DNA of 62,903 nucleotides, filler included, from Octopus bimaculoides (GCF_001194135.2; 5 parts of 4 records of this genome joined end to end with filler, not necessarily neighbours in it), one strand, 5' to 3'. Positions 23,253 to 36,999 are shown, counted from the first letter of the whole stretch. Translations and numbers: made by a program. The notes: generated from the sequence alone by a model not told the origin.

Positions 23253-24229
23253 NNNNNNNNNNNNNNNNNNNNNNNNNNNNNNNNNNNNNNNNNNNNNNNN
23301 NNNNNNNNNNNNNNNNNNNNNNNNNNNNNNNNNNNNNNNNNNNNNNNNNNNNNNNNNNNNNNNNNACACATATATAAATGAGAGAGTGAGGGTGCTTGGG
23401 GGAAATAAAACAAACAAGGAAAATACAAAATATATAATATTAATTTGACACTTGAAGAAGGAGAAAAGAACCGAAAAGTTTTACTGTCAGATGGATGAGG
23501 TTAACGTTCAGAAATGTAGCCCTTCATCAAAGAAAAGTAGAGAAGAAAAGACAATTGAAAGAAGAATGAGAAGAGATAGAAAACTCCAGGGAACAAAACT
23601 GCTCATCCAATGATTATTAGATGGAAGAGATGTGAAATGAATAGTAAGTGGAAGAGATAGACAGAGGAAGTGAAGTACAGCTATTAGAGCGATTGTATAG
23701 GGAGGTTGCAAAGGAAGTCAATAGGTGAAACCATTTGCATACATGTGTGTATTTGTATGTATGCGTGTATGTGTGTGTGTGTGGTGTGTATGTACCTATA
23801 AGTGTTTATGTGCAGGTGTGCTTCTTGTACGAATATACATGCATGAGCGGGAAAAGGCATATGTTATATGTGTTTTTGTTGTGTGAGTGTATATGTTATG
23901 TGTAAGATAAGGTATGCTTGTAGTGCGTCGCGAAACATTGTAGGGTCACTGTATAGATGCTATAAATGGAACAGCGTAGTGTGTGTATGAGAGAGAGAGA
24001 GAGAGACAGACAGAGACAGACAGACAGACAGACAGGCAGACAGGCAGACAGACAGACAGATAGACAGACAGAAACAGAAAGAGCTCGCTTGCGAGAGAGT
24101 GTTTTTAAACGCACGTATTTTTTGAGTTGAGAGCCGCAAAATAAGTTGTTGTTTACGTTGTAACCGTGATGCTTCAGTACTACAGTATAATGGTATAATA
24201 GATGGAGAGGTGCAAAGCTATACTGGTAG

Positions 24230-24960
24230 ATGAGTTGATAGGGATGAATCACTAATAATCCAGGACTTTTTAGTCTGACGTCCCGAAGATGCTCGCGATA
24301 TCGAGCGGCCAATCTTCAACTAGTCTTGTCTGCATACAGTTGACAGAATAATCGATATGTTGATTAGATACAATTTGATGCAAAAGATGCAATATGTTGA
24401 TGTTGACTCGAACAATTCGATGCGATAGATGAGGTTTTGGTATTTCACGTGAACTAGTCAGTAATATAGGGAGTTTTGCTCGGTCCTGTCGGTGTGGTAT
24501 TCGGGATGCATGGACCTCTACTGCAGCTGACCAGGTGAAGAACCAGGGTTGAAAAAGTGGAAAGGAGGACTTGGAGATCAGCAAGTCAAGCAGGTGGCGA
24601 GGCAAAACGAAACCAGTCAGTGTGGAAAGTGATAGGTTCTGTAAAAGTTTGATAGTTGTCATAGAGACTTTAGTTTCTCTATCACCTTTCAACATAATTA
24701 TATATGAAGAGACAATAGAACAATTAAAAATATAATAAAAAGGTTTTATTTATGATGATGCTTGGTTTCATAATTCCTATCATTCAGCTTAGCAGTCGCT
24801 GATTAGGTTGTAGTTTGGTAATGGAAGGTTAAGGGCTTCCTTGATGCCTGCCAGAGAAACAAGTAGCTATCACCATCGAAGGCATCGAGGTGAAGTGGTA
24901 ATTCGTTGAGGAGCGAGGAGTTGTCACGTAGGTCTGAGCTCAACTACCTAACAAAGTGAA
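24230..24960 (-). mobile_element. Possible decayed BEL/Pao LTR-retrotransposon integrase C-terminus
   Basis: Minus strand reads EDWPLDIASIFGTSD then, after a frameshift, RDVRLKSPGLLVIHPYQLIY (cf. WPLgRI..l.pG.DG.VR.V.lkT..G.l.RP.qkl.pL). No LTR identified. Confidence 0.35.
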
Positions 24961-24984
24961 ACTCTCTCTTTAAGAACCAGTTTT

Positions 24985-25150
24985 ACTACGCATGCGCACT
25001 CGAGTGGCTTCCGGTGGTGAAGTCCCCTGCGCATGCGCAGAATAGTACTTCCTCAATGGCGGCTATAATTTCGCGCCACTACAGTTCCGATTGGAGGAAT
25101 CAGAAGTACCGCGGGACAGTGCGGTAACTAACCATAATTGAGCACACGTG
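24985..25150. promoter_or_regulatory. CpG-rich housekeeping-type promoter motif cluster (possibly bidirectional)
   Basis: NRF1-like ACGCATGCGCA 24988-24998 and TGCGCATGCGCA 25028-25039; ETS CTTCCGGT 25008-25015; YY1-like AATGGCGGC 25055-25063; E2F TTTCGCGCC 25069-25077; ACTACAGTTCC 25078-25088; ATTGG 25090-25094; CACGTG 25145-25150. Confidence 0.7.
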
Positions 25151-25829
25151 TTATCGAACGCTTTCTTGCTATGACCTTTTCTTATTTTTACCAAGGACCA
25201 CATTATATAAAGTTCGTCAGTTTTTAAGTCAGTGGGTAAGAATTTAGGGAACATGACTATTATTTCTAGCAAGTTGATTAGTCGTGGTTGTCTTTATACA
25301 AACAGGCGATGCTCCGGTATGACTTTGGCCCTAATGGCTAAAACATACCAAAGAACAGGTCACTGCTCTAAATAAGGCATGTGCAGAACCCAAATACCTT
25401 GTCAGATGGATGCAGCTAACGTTTCTCTTCAACAGCAACAAGCTGGAAGTGGCAAGAAAAAAAAACTTACAGGGTAGAATTTCGCAACGTCCGACGTTCC
25501 GGAGAAGGAGGAGAAAGATTGGGATCGGTGGTTATTAAAGAGGCTGGAATATGGACACAATATTGGTAACGAGACGAAGTGGAAGGACAAGTGAATTGTG
25601 AAGTGTTGTGGAGGTAAGACGAGACCGGTCAGCTCCAAAAATAGGCTACGTTAGAAAAGACAAAGAGTAAGAGGGAGAGAGCGAGAGAGAGAGAGACCTT
25701 AGACGGCATTGTTGAAAAGTCACTTTATCTCGAGTATTGTGTATCTAAGACTACAACATCCAATGTGTCATCCCTTTCAAAACGATCGGGTGTAATTTTA
25801 GGGAGATTTGGCTAGTTCTTGAAGGTCGA

Positions 25830-27080
25830 GTGAGTATGAAGTGAGAGCATTTGGAGAATATGCAATTGGAAATAAGATTGGAAGTGTTCTTTCATAATTT
25901 CCTCCAGAAACTAGAGAAGAACTCTTTCCGTAAGGCTACAGAATGGACTGTGTTGGTGAACGTCTTCATGTCATTCAGTCAAGCGGTCTTGGATATTTGT
26001 GTGAGTAGCTGCTGCAGCACCGTTTCAAAATGGTGCGGAAGTACTTCATTATATGTATTGCATATTTCACTTGCTTTTTGTAAAAAGTTAGTCGTTGTTA
26101 AGGGATGAAGTATTTTCTGCCTTTGAAGAAGGCTAGAGTTTGTGTTGCATTCATCATATTTACAATGTTGAGGATGTACATTCGCCAAGATCATCAGTGA
26201 TGAATAGACATAGCATTTGTAGCGACTTCGAGGTCTCTACTTGTGTGTTATTCATGTATAAGTCTCAGTGATGAGGTATGGTTACATTTTCTTAGAATAT
26301 GTAGGAATTATACTTTTGTGGTCTATTGAAGGAGTCAACTTTGCTGTGACTTCATTGGATGGTGTTTTCGAAGTCTTTGTTGATAGATACCGTACAGGTT
26401 TGGTGTAAGGTGTCTCCAGGTTGCATATAGATGCCGCTTAGTGTGAAATATTAGGGAGGAATGAAAAGTGGTTCCACCTACAAAGAACTGGGTATCGGCA
26501 AGCCGTAGAAAGTGAGGGCAAAACTGAACCTTGAGGCTCACCAGAGATGATAAAATGTGAATGTTGGGGAAATTCCACCAGAACACACCACGATTGAATC
26601 TTCTGATAGAGAACCACCGATCCAGGAGTAAATATATTAATTTCTCATAAAATATTTAACAAGCAATCACCGCGTACTAACAATTTTTAATACACGTTTG
26701 AATGTGTAGAAACGTATTAAGTGTAGAAGTACGCATCGTAATTTTGAATCATAGTTCTGCTTAGCTTTAATAATTTAATATCAATTGGAGAAGCTCTCCC
26801 CAGTGTCAGTAAATACTTTGTTTTCTGATTTCATTAAATACAAATAGTTGTTCCTGTTTAATTCTAAAGGACCGGGAGATGTCTATCACTAAAGAGGTGC
26901 AGTTACACCGAAACACTGGTGTCTGATTTTACCTAGAGCGTGTGTGGTGTTTGCACACTGGGTAAGGTCAATCTCTGAGACAATATCCAATAGGGAAAAG
27001 CTATTTGTGCGTTCGAATGTACAGGAACGTGCTAACAATGGATGTACAAATGGTTGTTTTTTGAGCCTATAATAATTAAA
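25830..27080 (-). mobile_element. Decayed Penelope-like RT fragments
   Basis: Minus-strand traces: WNFPNIH (cf. SLYTNIP), TPNLYGIYQQRL, NVHP, LHPLTTTNFLQKASEICN (cf. HP...RA.rIC), and near 26880-26940 VKSDTSVSV*LHLFSDRH (cf. YRKPTDT..YLHFSS.HP). Confidence 0.3.
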
Positions 27081-27679
27081 ATATCTTTCTTCAGTCAACT
27101 GCATTTTCACCATAACTGATGGTTGTTAACATACATGAAACACGTATGAACCAAGGATTTACTTTTTGTAAACCTATTTACAATGAGCTCGTCATTCAAG
27201 TATTGAACAATTTAATATGTTTCAATGTTATTTTGGTACCAAGAAGTAGGTGGCGTTACTCAGGGGTTCAGTACCAGTCACAGTCGAGTATATTGTTGCT
27301 TCCACCAAAGTTTTCATAGGCGCAACCATACCTATAAATCCCATCCATGCATCTAACCAGCCAGCCAGCCATCACACACACTCGTACACGCGCGCACATA
27401 CACACACACACGCACACGCACAAACGTGCGCAACAAGCACAAACATACATACATACATACATACATACATACATACATGCATAAATGCATACATATATGC
27501 ATATATATGCCAAAATTAATAAATTCCAAAGAAAGACAGTGAAAATGTGAAAATCGTTCCAGAAATACTTTATTTTAGATCCTTGGACTAAATACATGCA
27601 CTCAGCAAAATGTGCATTTAGAATACACATAAACAGTAATGAAGCATATACTTGTCTACTAAGGTGACATTTACACAAC

Positions 27680-27808
27680 ATCATCATCCTCATCTTCATT
27701 TAAACGTCCATTTTCCATGCTGGCACGGGTTTGACGGCTTGTTAGGAGCTGGGAAGGCCAGCAGCCGTACCAGGTTCCACATGTCTGTTTTGATAGGGTT
27801 TCTACATC
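27680..27808. repeat. Short interspersed repeat fragment next to a (CAT)n tract
   Basis: catcatc...aacgtccattttccatgctggcacgggtttgacgg looks like a retroposon end truncated by the gap; family not identified. Confidence 0.4.
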
Positions 27809-27925
27809 ATATATATATATATATANNNNNNNNNNNNNNNNNNNNNNNNNNNNNNNNNNNNNNNNNNNNTTAATTAATTAANNNNNNNNNNNNNNNNNNN
27901 NNNNNNNNNNNNNNNNNNNNNNNNN

Positions 27926-27957
<32 letters not shown>

Positions 27958-28059
27958 GCATTATCACTGATATTTTATTTATTATCTTACACAATGTATC
28001 TATGTTCTTCGTCTTCAAATTAATCCGTCTTTATGTTCAGTCTATTTCAATGTTTATTC

Positions 28060-28500
28060 ATAGTTTCTTTGTTATATAGTGCAATGCATGTATGTAATAG
28101 TCTTTTCAAATCTACGGGAAACCTGTCTAGACAGTTTTTCAAATTCTTCAAATAGTTCTTCCGTTCTTCTATGCTACCATTCAATGATATGTTTTGTATT
28201 TATTTCACGTCAATTTCAGCTCCTAATATCTATGTCACTGCTGTCACTAAGCAATATCACATATAGTAGGAAGTGATAATAACATATAAATGTGTATCAT
28301 TAACTTCTCTTATTGCCAAGAATGACAACATTTATTTCAACAATTCCCTTACTGAAAATAGTTTACGAGCTATATCTTTAACGCCTCGTAATTCTATCAT
28401 ATTAATTAACAAAATGAAGGGAACCAATCAACAATCATATGGACTTTTCACTGACGGTGTTTTGCTCTGATAAGTCTATTCCATGAAGGAGGTATTGACA
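28060..28500 (-). mobile_element. Possible RTE-clade LINE RT fragment
   Basis: Minus strand reads LRGVKDIARKLFSV (cf. RGVRQGDtiSPKLF), followed by a degenerate ADD/KTK region. Confidence 0.3.
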
Positions 28501-28704
28501 CAGCTTCGACTTAAGTAATATATTTACCTTTACAGATATATTACATGTTATTACTTGATCTTTTATTTTCAGATATTTTAATACTGCTTTAAACATAGGT
28601 GTGTAGGTACACATACATACATGCATGCATGCAATCATACATACATACATACATGCATGCATGCATACATACATACATACATACATACATACATACACAC
28701 ATAC

Positions 28705-29686
28705 ATACATACACGAATATTACAAACGGATAAAGAGAACATGGACTTTGAAACTCTCTGCTTTCAATAAAACAGTGATCCACAATGTGTTTGCAACACC
28801 AGTACTCATGCAGACATATGGACTACTTGATTGGACGCTTGGAGTGATCCAAGCCATGAATGTGAAAACTCGGAATTTCACATAAATAGCTATGTTTACC
28901 GATTCTGCCTAAAATGCAACCAAAGAGGCAGAGACTTATGATCGAACATGAGTGATTAGAAATTCACTTTATAATCATATGTTATCCCTTCGACAATATA
29001 TTTTAAACATCAAATGTCAAAGAGAATGTCTTGACCGAGTTTGCATACACGAGGCAAATGACATCCTGGGAATGGATAGCAGCAATTCTAGCGACATTCC
29101 TTGTCTGATAACCTTGAATATACTCTCCAACATGTTATATGTCTCTACCACAACGTATCATAAGCTGGAAGGATGAGTGTATATCTGCAAAGGGCAATGC
29201 ATGGATATGATAACAGAATGCTCCGGGACGATAGTAACATTGATAATCAAAATAGTCTATCAAGGATCAATAACCGGATTACTAACTACCAGTTTGTAGG
29301 GTAAGCGTTTGCGATCTAGGCACAGGAAATATCAACCAAATAACTGCTGCACAAAATGGACAGGGACACAGGAATATCACCTAAAAGAAATACGAACGAA
29401 CAATGAGCTGGGCGCCATAGCCACTGGTGGAGTATACTAGATAAAGCCTCAATAAAATGTAAACATTCTAGACCTGACATAGTAATTTGGAACAGAGAAG
29501 AGGATGTATATAGAGTTGGGGAAATCAGCTGCCATGCATAAAGCTAAAGTGTATTGTAAAAGAAAATACCGAGGATGCGCTGCTGAAAACCTTACAATTA
29601 CGCTACCCAGATTAAAGGATCAGGTTTATATCTGTAATTATCGAGGGACTGGGATAAACTACGCGCTGCCTAAGTACCAATCATGA
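28705..29686 (+). pseudogene. R4/Dong-type RLE non-LTR retrotransposon ORF remnant (RT thumb to endonuclease)
   Basis: EYYKRIKRTWTLKLSAFNKTVIHNVFATPVLMQTYGLLDWT..., then INSYVYRFCLKCNQRGRDL (cf. vdRLY.kR..GGRGL), KAMHGY, AFAI*AQEISTK and RPDIVIWNRE (PD motif). Many stops and frameshifts. Confidence 0.75.
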
Positions 29687-29714
29687 GAAATTAGGTTTCT
29701 GAAGACCAGAAAGG

Positions 29715-29873
29715 AGAAAGCTGACTCGAACACGGTACATAGCTTCGGGCCGACCAAAGCCTTGTGAGTGGATATGATAGACGGAAACTAAAAGAAGCCA
29801 ATTGTATATATGTATGTGTATGTGTGTGTGTGTGTGTGTGTGTGTTTGTGTGTGTGTATGTGTGTGTGCGTGT

Positions 29874-29915
<42 letters not shown>

Positions 29916-30050
29916 TTGTGTGTCTGTGTTTGTCCCCTCAAATCGCTTGACAACTGATGCTGGTGTGTTTAAGTGACCGTAACTTACCGGTTCGGCAAAA
30001 AGAACCGATAGAGTAAGTACTAGGCTTACAAAGAATAAGTCCTGGGGTCA
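29715..30050 (+). mobile_element. SINE (family B) with internal (GT)n expansion
   Basis: cttcgggccgaccaaagccttgtgagtggat..agacggaaact matches 39205-39265. The 3' part (cttacaaagaataagtcctggggtc) matches the reverse complement of 53800-53830. Confidence 0.75.
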
Positions 30051-30869
30051 AATATAAATAATGTAAATCATGTACATAATTCCTTATCTCTTCAATATAT
30101 AACTGTATTAAAGGAATAAATACATGCGCTTGTCTAGAGTATATGCATAATTAGTATATGTATAATTAGTATATGCATAATTAAAATGTACACGTCTTTA
30201 CAGACACGCAGTGCTGCACAGACAAGAACATGTGCGCAAAAATAACCTCTTGGTGTTGGTGAAACTTCAATGATGGAACATTAGATCCAGGTTACGATTG
30301 AATAATTACATACACACACATACGCACACATACGAACACACGCATATATATTTATATAGTCTGCTTGATATGTAATTATATAATCCAGCGGTAATGATGA
30401 TAAATCTCCTTCAGTGGAGCTGGTTACATACTGCATAGTAAAACCAATACGCAGGAATGTAGTGGAGAGTCCTATGCAGTTGAATCCAGCAAATCCCGTC
30501 ACTGCAGACTATCAAATTCTTTCATGAAGTTATACTGAATATAGAGGAAGTCGGGATGTATACGAAAACTGACTAAAGCTGTTAACGTGTTTATGAAAAT
30601 GTAAATTCTATGGAACAGTGTATTTGAAAAGGTTATCGGGATTTCCTTGAAACTGTCGAAGGATTTTGTGATCCCCCCTTCCCAAAAAAAAAAAACGTAA
30701 AACATAGACAATAACATTATCATATGAGAACAGCAGGAATATTCAGAAGAGAACAAACAATATGAAAGTTTTGTGAAAATCTTTACTTTGAAATCTCGTC
30801 TCACAACAGTCATTGTTTTATCTTAAAGGGGCACGTTGATCCAAAGAAATCCCACACACACACACACTG

Positions 30870-30887
30870 TAATTATTATTATTATTA

Positions 30888-30939
<52 letters not shown>

Positions 30940-30965
30940 CATTATTATTATTATTATTATCATTA
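30870..30965. repeat. (ATT)n microsatellite
   Basis: Directly visible. Confidence 0.95.
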
Positions 30966-31474
30966 CCCAATTAAACAATAAACTATCCAAGCAATCGAAT
31001 AATTGCTTAATGAATGATGTATATTGCTTAACTAGATAAATATTTGGCGTGTATTGTATATAAGCATCAGGATGGAGACAGTCATATATTTCATATTGAC
31101 GCAATAAACCTCCCACGCTACAAAGCAAAGATTTGCTGATTTTTAAAAGAAATAGGAGGCATCAGGTGTCATTATTGTATGGTCTGTTGCTAAAATTACT
31201 TCAAACACATATACAATATTACGAAAGTGCAAACAAAGTGAAGCGGTGTTTCAGAGATAACTAGAAATATGTAGAAGTACTTTTGTATTTCAAGTACGTC
31301 ATCGGAACGGAGGCATTAAGCTTCACACCTGTTATTCGCCTTCATTTATCTTCATTTTGTACGCATTCGTTTGTATAAGAATACAAATGCACATGCACAC
31401 ACACACACACACACATATGCACTTATATAGTATATGTTAAATTATTGTTAAATTACATTATATCATTACGACAG

Positions 31475-31708
31475 TGTGTTGCCAGAACGATTAGCAGCAG
31501 GCGACAAATGCTTCGCGATATTTCGTCCGTCATCACCTTCTTACTTTCAACGAGACTGATTTTGATAAATAGCGATGAAGACCTTACGTTCAACGAGATT
31601 GACGTTGACATTCAACTTTCAAGTTTCCGTAAAATAAGTACAGGTTGAAAACATGGTTTGATGTAATTGACTGGCCCCGGTCCCCATAAAATTTCAGTAC
31701 CAAGGTTC

Positions 31709-31767
<59 letters not shown>

Positions 31768-31770
31768 TAA
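31475..31770 (+). mobile_element. Decayed family C SINE with (AAT)n tail
   Basis: aacgattagcagcaggcgacaaatgcttcgcgatatttcgtc...aaaataagtacagg...gatgtaattgact is colinear with the 20045-20268 element. Confidence 0.6.
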
Positions 31771-31784
31771 TATTATTAATCAGT

Positions 31785-32160
31785 AGTTTTATTTTTATAA
31801 CGTGCTTTCACTTCACTACCGAGCGCAGCTCTGTGTGCCTTGGGTATGAGCTGTGGTTTGCTGTGATGCTCTTATGGTTACTGTATTGAAAGTGTCTTGC
31901 TTAGGATGTGTGCAGTGCCCAGTAGTGCAATTTTCTGTATGTTATATATATTTGTAAGTCCTGGTGTTTCTGTTATGTATTTGTCTGAATATTTTTTTAT
32001 ATTAACTAAGGCGTCTACTATGGTAGGAATTGTTTGTGTTTTTAGATTCCACATTCGAGTTACCTCTATTTCCAGGTCTTTGTATTTCGAAAGTTTCTCC
32101 ATTTCTTTTAAGGAAACTTTGTCATCTGCTGGTATCGAGGCATCAATTAGAAAGCATTGT
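31785..32160 (-). mobile_element. R4/Dong-type retrotransposon 3' end (RLE C-terminus and 3' UTR)
   Basis: LIDASIPADDKVSLKEMEKLSKYKDLEIEVTRMWNLKTQTIPTIVDALVNIKKYSDKYITETPGLTNIYNIQKIALLGTAHILSKTLSIQ* (EK..KY..L and QK.ALLGTA.IL.K.L motifs). Confidence 0.85.
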
Positions 32161-32226
<66 letters not shown>

Positions 32227-32500
32227 CTTTGCACAGCTTCTAACGCTGGAGATGTACTACACTGTCAGCGGTTCACTATCAGTGAACTGAGGTAAAACCT
32301 CTTATTTTTCGAGCACCTTCCAGAGTATTCGAGCGGTTCCAAGCAGTGCTGTTTTCTGCAAGTGCTCCACCTTTATTGAAGCCCCTATTTGTTCCACGTA
32401 ATTCTCGAGATTTTTTGCTCATTGTTCCCAGGGCTCCGACAATCATTGGTACGACTGCTACCGTTTCATTCGACCACAATAACAACACAGGATATCCCCA
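32161..32500 (-). mobile_element. Second, distinct R4/Dong-type 3' end with (TAG)n tail
   Basis: LWSNETVAVVPMIVGALGTMSKK, then after a frameshift EHLQKTALLGTARILWKVLEK. The (TAC)n run at 32161-32225 is its minus-strand tail. Confidence 0.8.
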
Positions 32501-33269
32501 CCAAGTATAACTCTTTCGGATAACACCGCCGGTCAAATAGCCAGTGTCCCCACTCACTGCCACACACATCCAATGAAGGAATCTACTAACACGTGGAAAT
32601 ATACAAGTTACTAAAATGTAAGCCTTCAGCTTTAACGATCTCTTTTCTGTTTCTTTTTTTCTTTTTCTTTCTTTGCTTTTCTTTTCCCTGTAATCAATCT
32701 GAAGTTCTTTATTAAATGTAATGAGGTAAATGTAAATTTACTCTTTTGCTCCATTTCTTATCTTCCCCTCGCTGTATGTCTGTATGCCTGTCTCTCTCTA
32801 TCTCTGTCTCTCAATCTCTCTCTCTCTCTCTGTCTCTCTCTCTGTCTCTGTCTCTCTCTCTCTCGCTCTCTCTTCAAATTTAGATTTCGGGAAAGCGGCT
32901 AGTAAAATCCTAGCTACGTATGTTTGCAAGCTAATGATCGACTCAACGAGGGGTATTCCTCTAGCTACCCATCAGGGATAGTTAAATGATGCCTACATTA
33001 TCATCAACAGATCCAAAGTTAAGTCGCAGGATTTTTATTCGCATATATAGAAACTCCAGTAGGTAACCATGAACTATAAAATTACTGTTTTCTGTTGATC
33101 AACCTTCGATATGAGAAAAACGTAGAACCTTATTCGCCAATGAAACAGTATTGTTCGAGAAAGTCATTTTCATCCATTCTACTGCTCAACGTTTACTAGC
33201 GTCCTACTTCCTACACTTTCATCCTTGGATCTTACCTTTACATATCCTCATATATATNNNNNNNNNNNN

Positions 33270-33302
<33 letters not shown>

Positions 33303-34000
33303 AATCTAAGGAACCATGTCTTATTGTTTAGGAAGTTCAACTCACCATGGAAAGATCGTGATTGCACTTCGTAGACCGGCATTGGGTTACCGAACAAAAC
33401 ATTTTGCCTCACGCTGGTTAGCGATTACTTCGACACCTGATAGGGGGTACACAGTTCACCTGTTCAGGTAACGTTGTTTTTTTTGTGAGGGAGTGAGTGA
33501 GCTAATGTATAGTACACACATTTCATCACTGTAAACACGTCATTTGTGAAGCTCATTGCGCAGAAGCCAAAGAATCATACGTCGTCTCCGACAGGTGAGT
33601 TTTAAGAGTAATAGACGTATTAAGAGTAATAAATAGGTACAAACAAATGATCCAAGTGTATGAAATTAGTAAGCTCCCAAAATCTTTGCAGGTGGTACAG
33701 ATGACAAAAGAGGACAGTATTCGATAGAAACATGTTCATAAACACCGGAATAAATACACATCGTCTCCTATGGATATTAAAATGAATTCCAATAAGATGA
33801 TGCTCAACATAAAATTCATAGGTTAGCAATTAATGCTGATAAAATTGGGGAAAAAATGAAAAACCTAAGAAATGTAATAAGGAAAATATGGACTGCCAAC
33901 TTTTCATAGCAAAACAATGTTGTTGAATATCATTTTAATGGTACAGAATCTCTCAATTTCTGCAATATCATACACGCACGCACACATACACAAACACACA

Positions 34001-34040
<40 letters not shown>

Positions 34041-36999
34041 ATTGTTTTACCTTATTGTGTATTTAGCGTTGCTTGTATCTGGCGCACCATATATCATTAA
34101 ATTGTTCCATTAGTTTAAATCTTCATAGAATTATAAATTACATCATCGACATCTTAGTTTGGGATTCTACACTTCTTCTGAACTCGAAATCAATTCCTCT
34201 CTGAAACTGCTGCAACTTGCATTCGTGTTTGTCTTCATTCTTTCTTTTCTTTCTTTTTTTTTTGTTTCGTTTCTACATTATCTCAAGTTTGCCAACAGAG
34301 TGACAGAGACTACAATTGTTTTTAATTTTCATGAAAGTTTTCAATGGAAAGATTTTCACTGCAAGGTTATGTTGTAAAGCGGTCAAACCGTTATTGATAA
34401 AAGAATCATTAAATTTTGATTAATTGTAATTACTATATTTTGTTTTATAAATTAAAAGCAGCAAAGTTTTACTTTCTTTATTTTATGAAATTTATTTGTT
34501 GCACACTCTTGGAAGATTCGGAAATCATTTCCAAATAGAAAACCGATTGAGTCGTTCTCTTAAATATTTCAGCAGATCAAAGAATATGTTCATCTTCCAC
34601 GTCATCACCATCTTTTCTGACATAATCTGCACACAATTTGTAAATTAATACACATAGTGGAACATCAATAAACGAGAAGTTAAATATTAAACAAAAATAT
34701 TTCAAACACATGAATTATTTATTTTTTAAACATTATTTCATCTTTTATAAAATAAAATTATAAAAATACTGAAATCGTTTTCAACGATTAATTTGTATAG
34801 TGAAGTGAACAGGAATATCATTTATTGCTTTATTTTATTTGCCCGATCTTCAGGAAAATCAAATAAGGCCTAAGGGATGTAGTATTCTATTTTACACAGC
34901 ATGGCAAAAGATTAAGGATCCTGTTATACGTAATATTTGCTAGTGCAAATTTCGAAATATCTAAGTTCGAGAAAGGACACCAATTTGTTGTTTTTTTTAA
35001 TTTCAACTGCCCAACTGCATGCTTGAAAGATTTGGAATCTTAATCCGTTCATTCGTGGATGGCAGCATTTTATTGCAGAGTAGTTCATCTATATTAACAC
35101 AAACATCTCTAAAACGGGGCAAGAAATCTTTATAAAGAAAACAGCATGTCAAACGTGAAATGATACCCAGCAGGAATGGGTTACAATGATTGAAAATATA
35201 TTGTATAGACTTTGTTTCAGTCATGAATAGAGGCTAAATAGAGCCAGCTTAGTGAAGTTTAATAATCTGTTTTAAATTACAATATACACGCCAATAATAA
35301 ACTCGTGAAATTTTAACTGTCATCAGGAATTTCATGTTACAATTTATCAAATAAATAATCAATTGGTATAGGGAACGCATGAATACAGCGTAATGACAAT
35401 AACGTCTTATAAATCTGTGTTCGCAATTAAAGATAATGATCATAGCTTCGGAATCTATGGCGTTGAATTGACATATATATTTATAAAGCGAAAATATTTT
35501 TGCACACGAGGTAAGAACAGTACTTGCCCTTTACGAATTCTAAATCTTTAACATTGCAAGTTGATTAATGAGGCACATTTTCTCAAAGCTGCCTAAATTA
35601 TGCCAGATATAATAAGCATTTACTGCGTTTACAGCTAGGTGAATGAGTTGGTTCAGGCATATATCATAGCGAAATATGCAATAGAATATTATCACCATAG
35701 CAATTGTCATCAATTTGACACTATCAGATAATCACTCGATAAGGCGTGTATCATCACTAACATTGTTTTAATTGATCAACAACTCGTACTTTTGTGAAAC
35801 TACGTTCTCTGTCACACAAGATTAGATTCACAGTAATATCGTTTATGCAAGATAAGTAATTTACAAGTGTTAAATTCAGACTTCTATAGACTTACAACGA
35901 ATACAATTATATATAAACGCAGCTGTATATCAAATAAGTAAAAACAAATGACATATCTGAATAAACTATTTGTTATTGCAGATTCAAGAAAAGATTTAAT
36001 CTTTCATTTAGATTTATGTTTAAACTGTAATAAGTATCTTGTGGCAGTCTCCATATAGCGCCCAGAGTGTTTTTACAAGTAAAGAAATGGTCGAGGTTTC
36101 AATTTCTTCTGTTTCACCATTTTATTTCTGTGCACTTGTGCGCATGTATGTGTGTCAATTCATACATACGTTTATGTGTGTGTGAGCGTGTCCATGAGTG
36201 GGTGTGAGCATGTGTATATATATGGATAAAGTAGCTACACAAGTACTTTCCTATATATATATATATATATATGTATATATACGTATACACGGGGGTATAT
36301 GATTGTGTATACAAGAATATATTACCGAAGGAAATTCAAATTTTGATTTTCACGTTTCATCTACAATCTTATAATAATATAATATAGCATAATTAAAAGA
36401 TGGAATATTAAATGTCCATTCTGATAGAACTAGTACTTTCATGCATTAACATATGCGACATTCGTGTTCATGTAGTAGTGCTGACAGTTATGTTTTACAA
36501 TTTACACATTTATGTAATTTTAATTTATGTTATTTTAAAATTTCTCGTTAGAATTCTTTTTAACTATCTGGTGAACGGCCTAGGTTTACTTCGAGATCTT
36601 TGATCGTTTTTTGCCCAGTCTCTTGTGGGTAATCTGTGTTGTGGTCTTGAAAACGATCCCCGTTTATTTCTATTCCTAATAGTCTGCTCGAGGGAGTATC
36701 TATCTTGTTTGTGCTGTTTGTTCATATTGTGTGCATTAGGGTGTTTACGTACATATATATACATACAGAGACAGAGAGAGAGAGAGAAAGAGAGAAAGAA
36801 AGAAAGAACGAAAGGGCGAAAGACGCACAAGCACCCACAAGAATTATACATGCATATACATGTGAAGAGAGACAGAAAGAAGACAGTAAATATTCAGAAG
36901 TGGAATATTCGTGTATAAACTTCTAGATATATATGAACTGAACAAACTGATATAGCGTACAAGGGCGCAGAAATATGTTTGGCCTTACTGGTCGTACAG

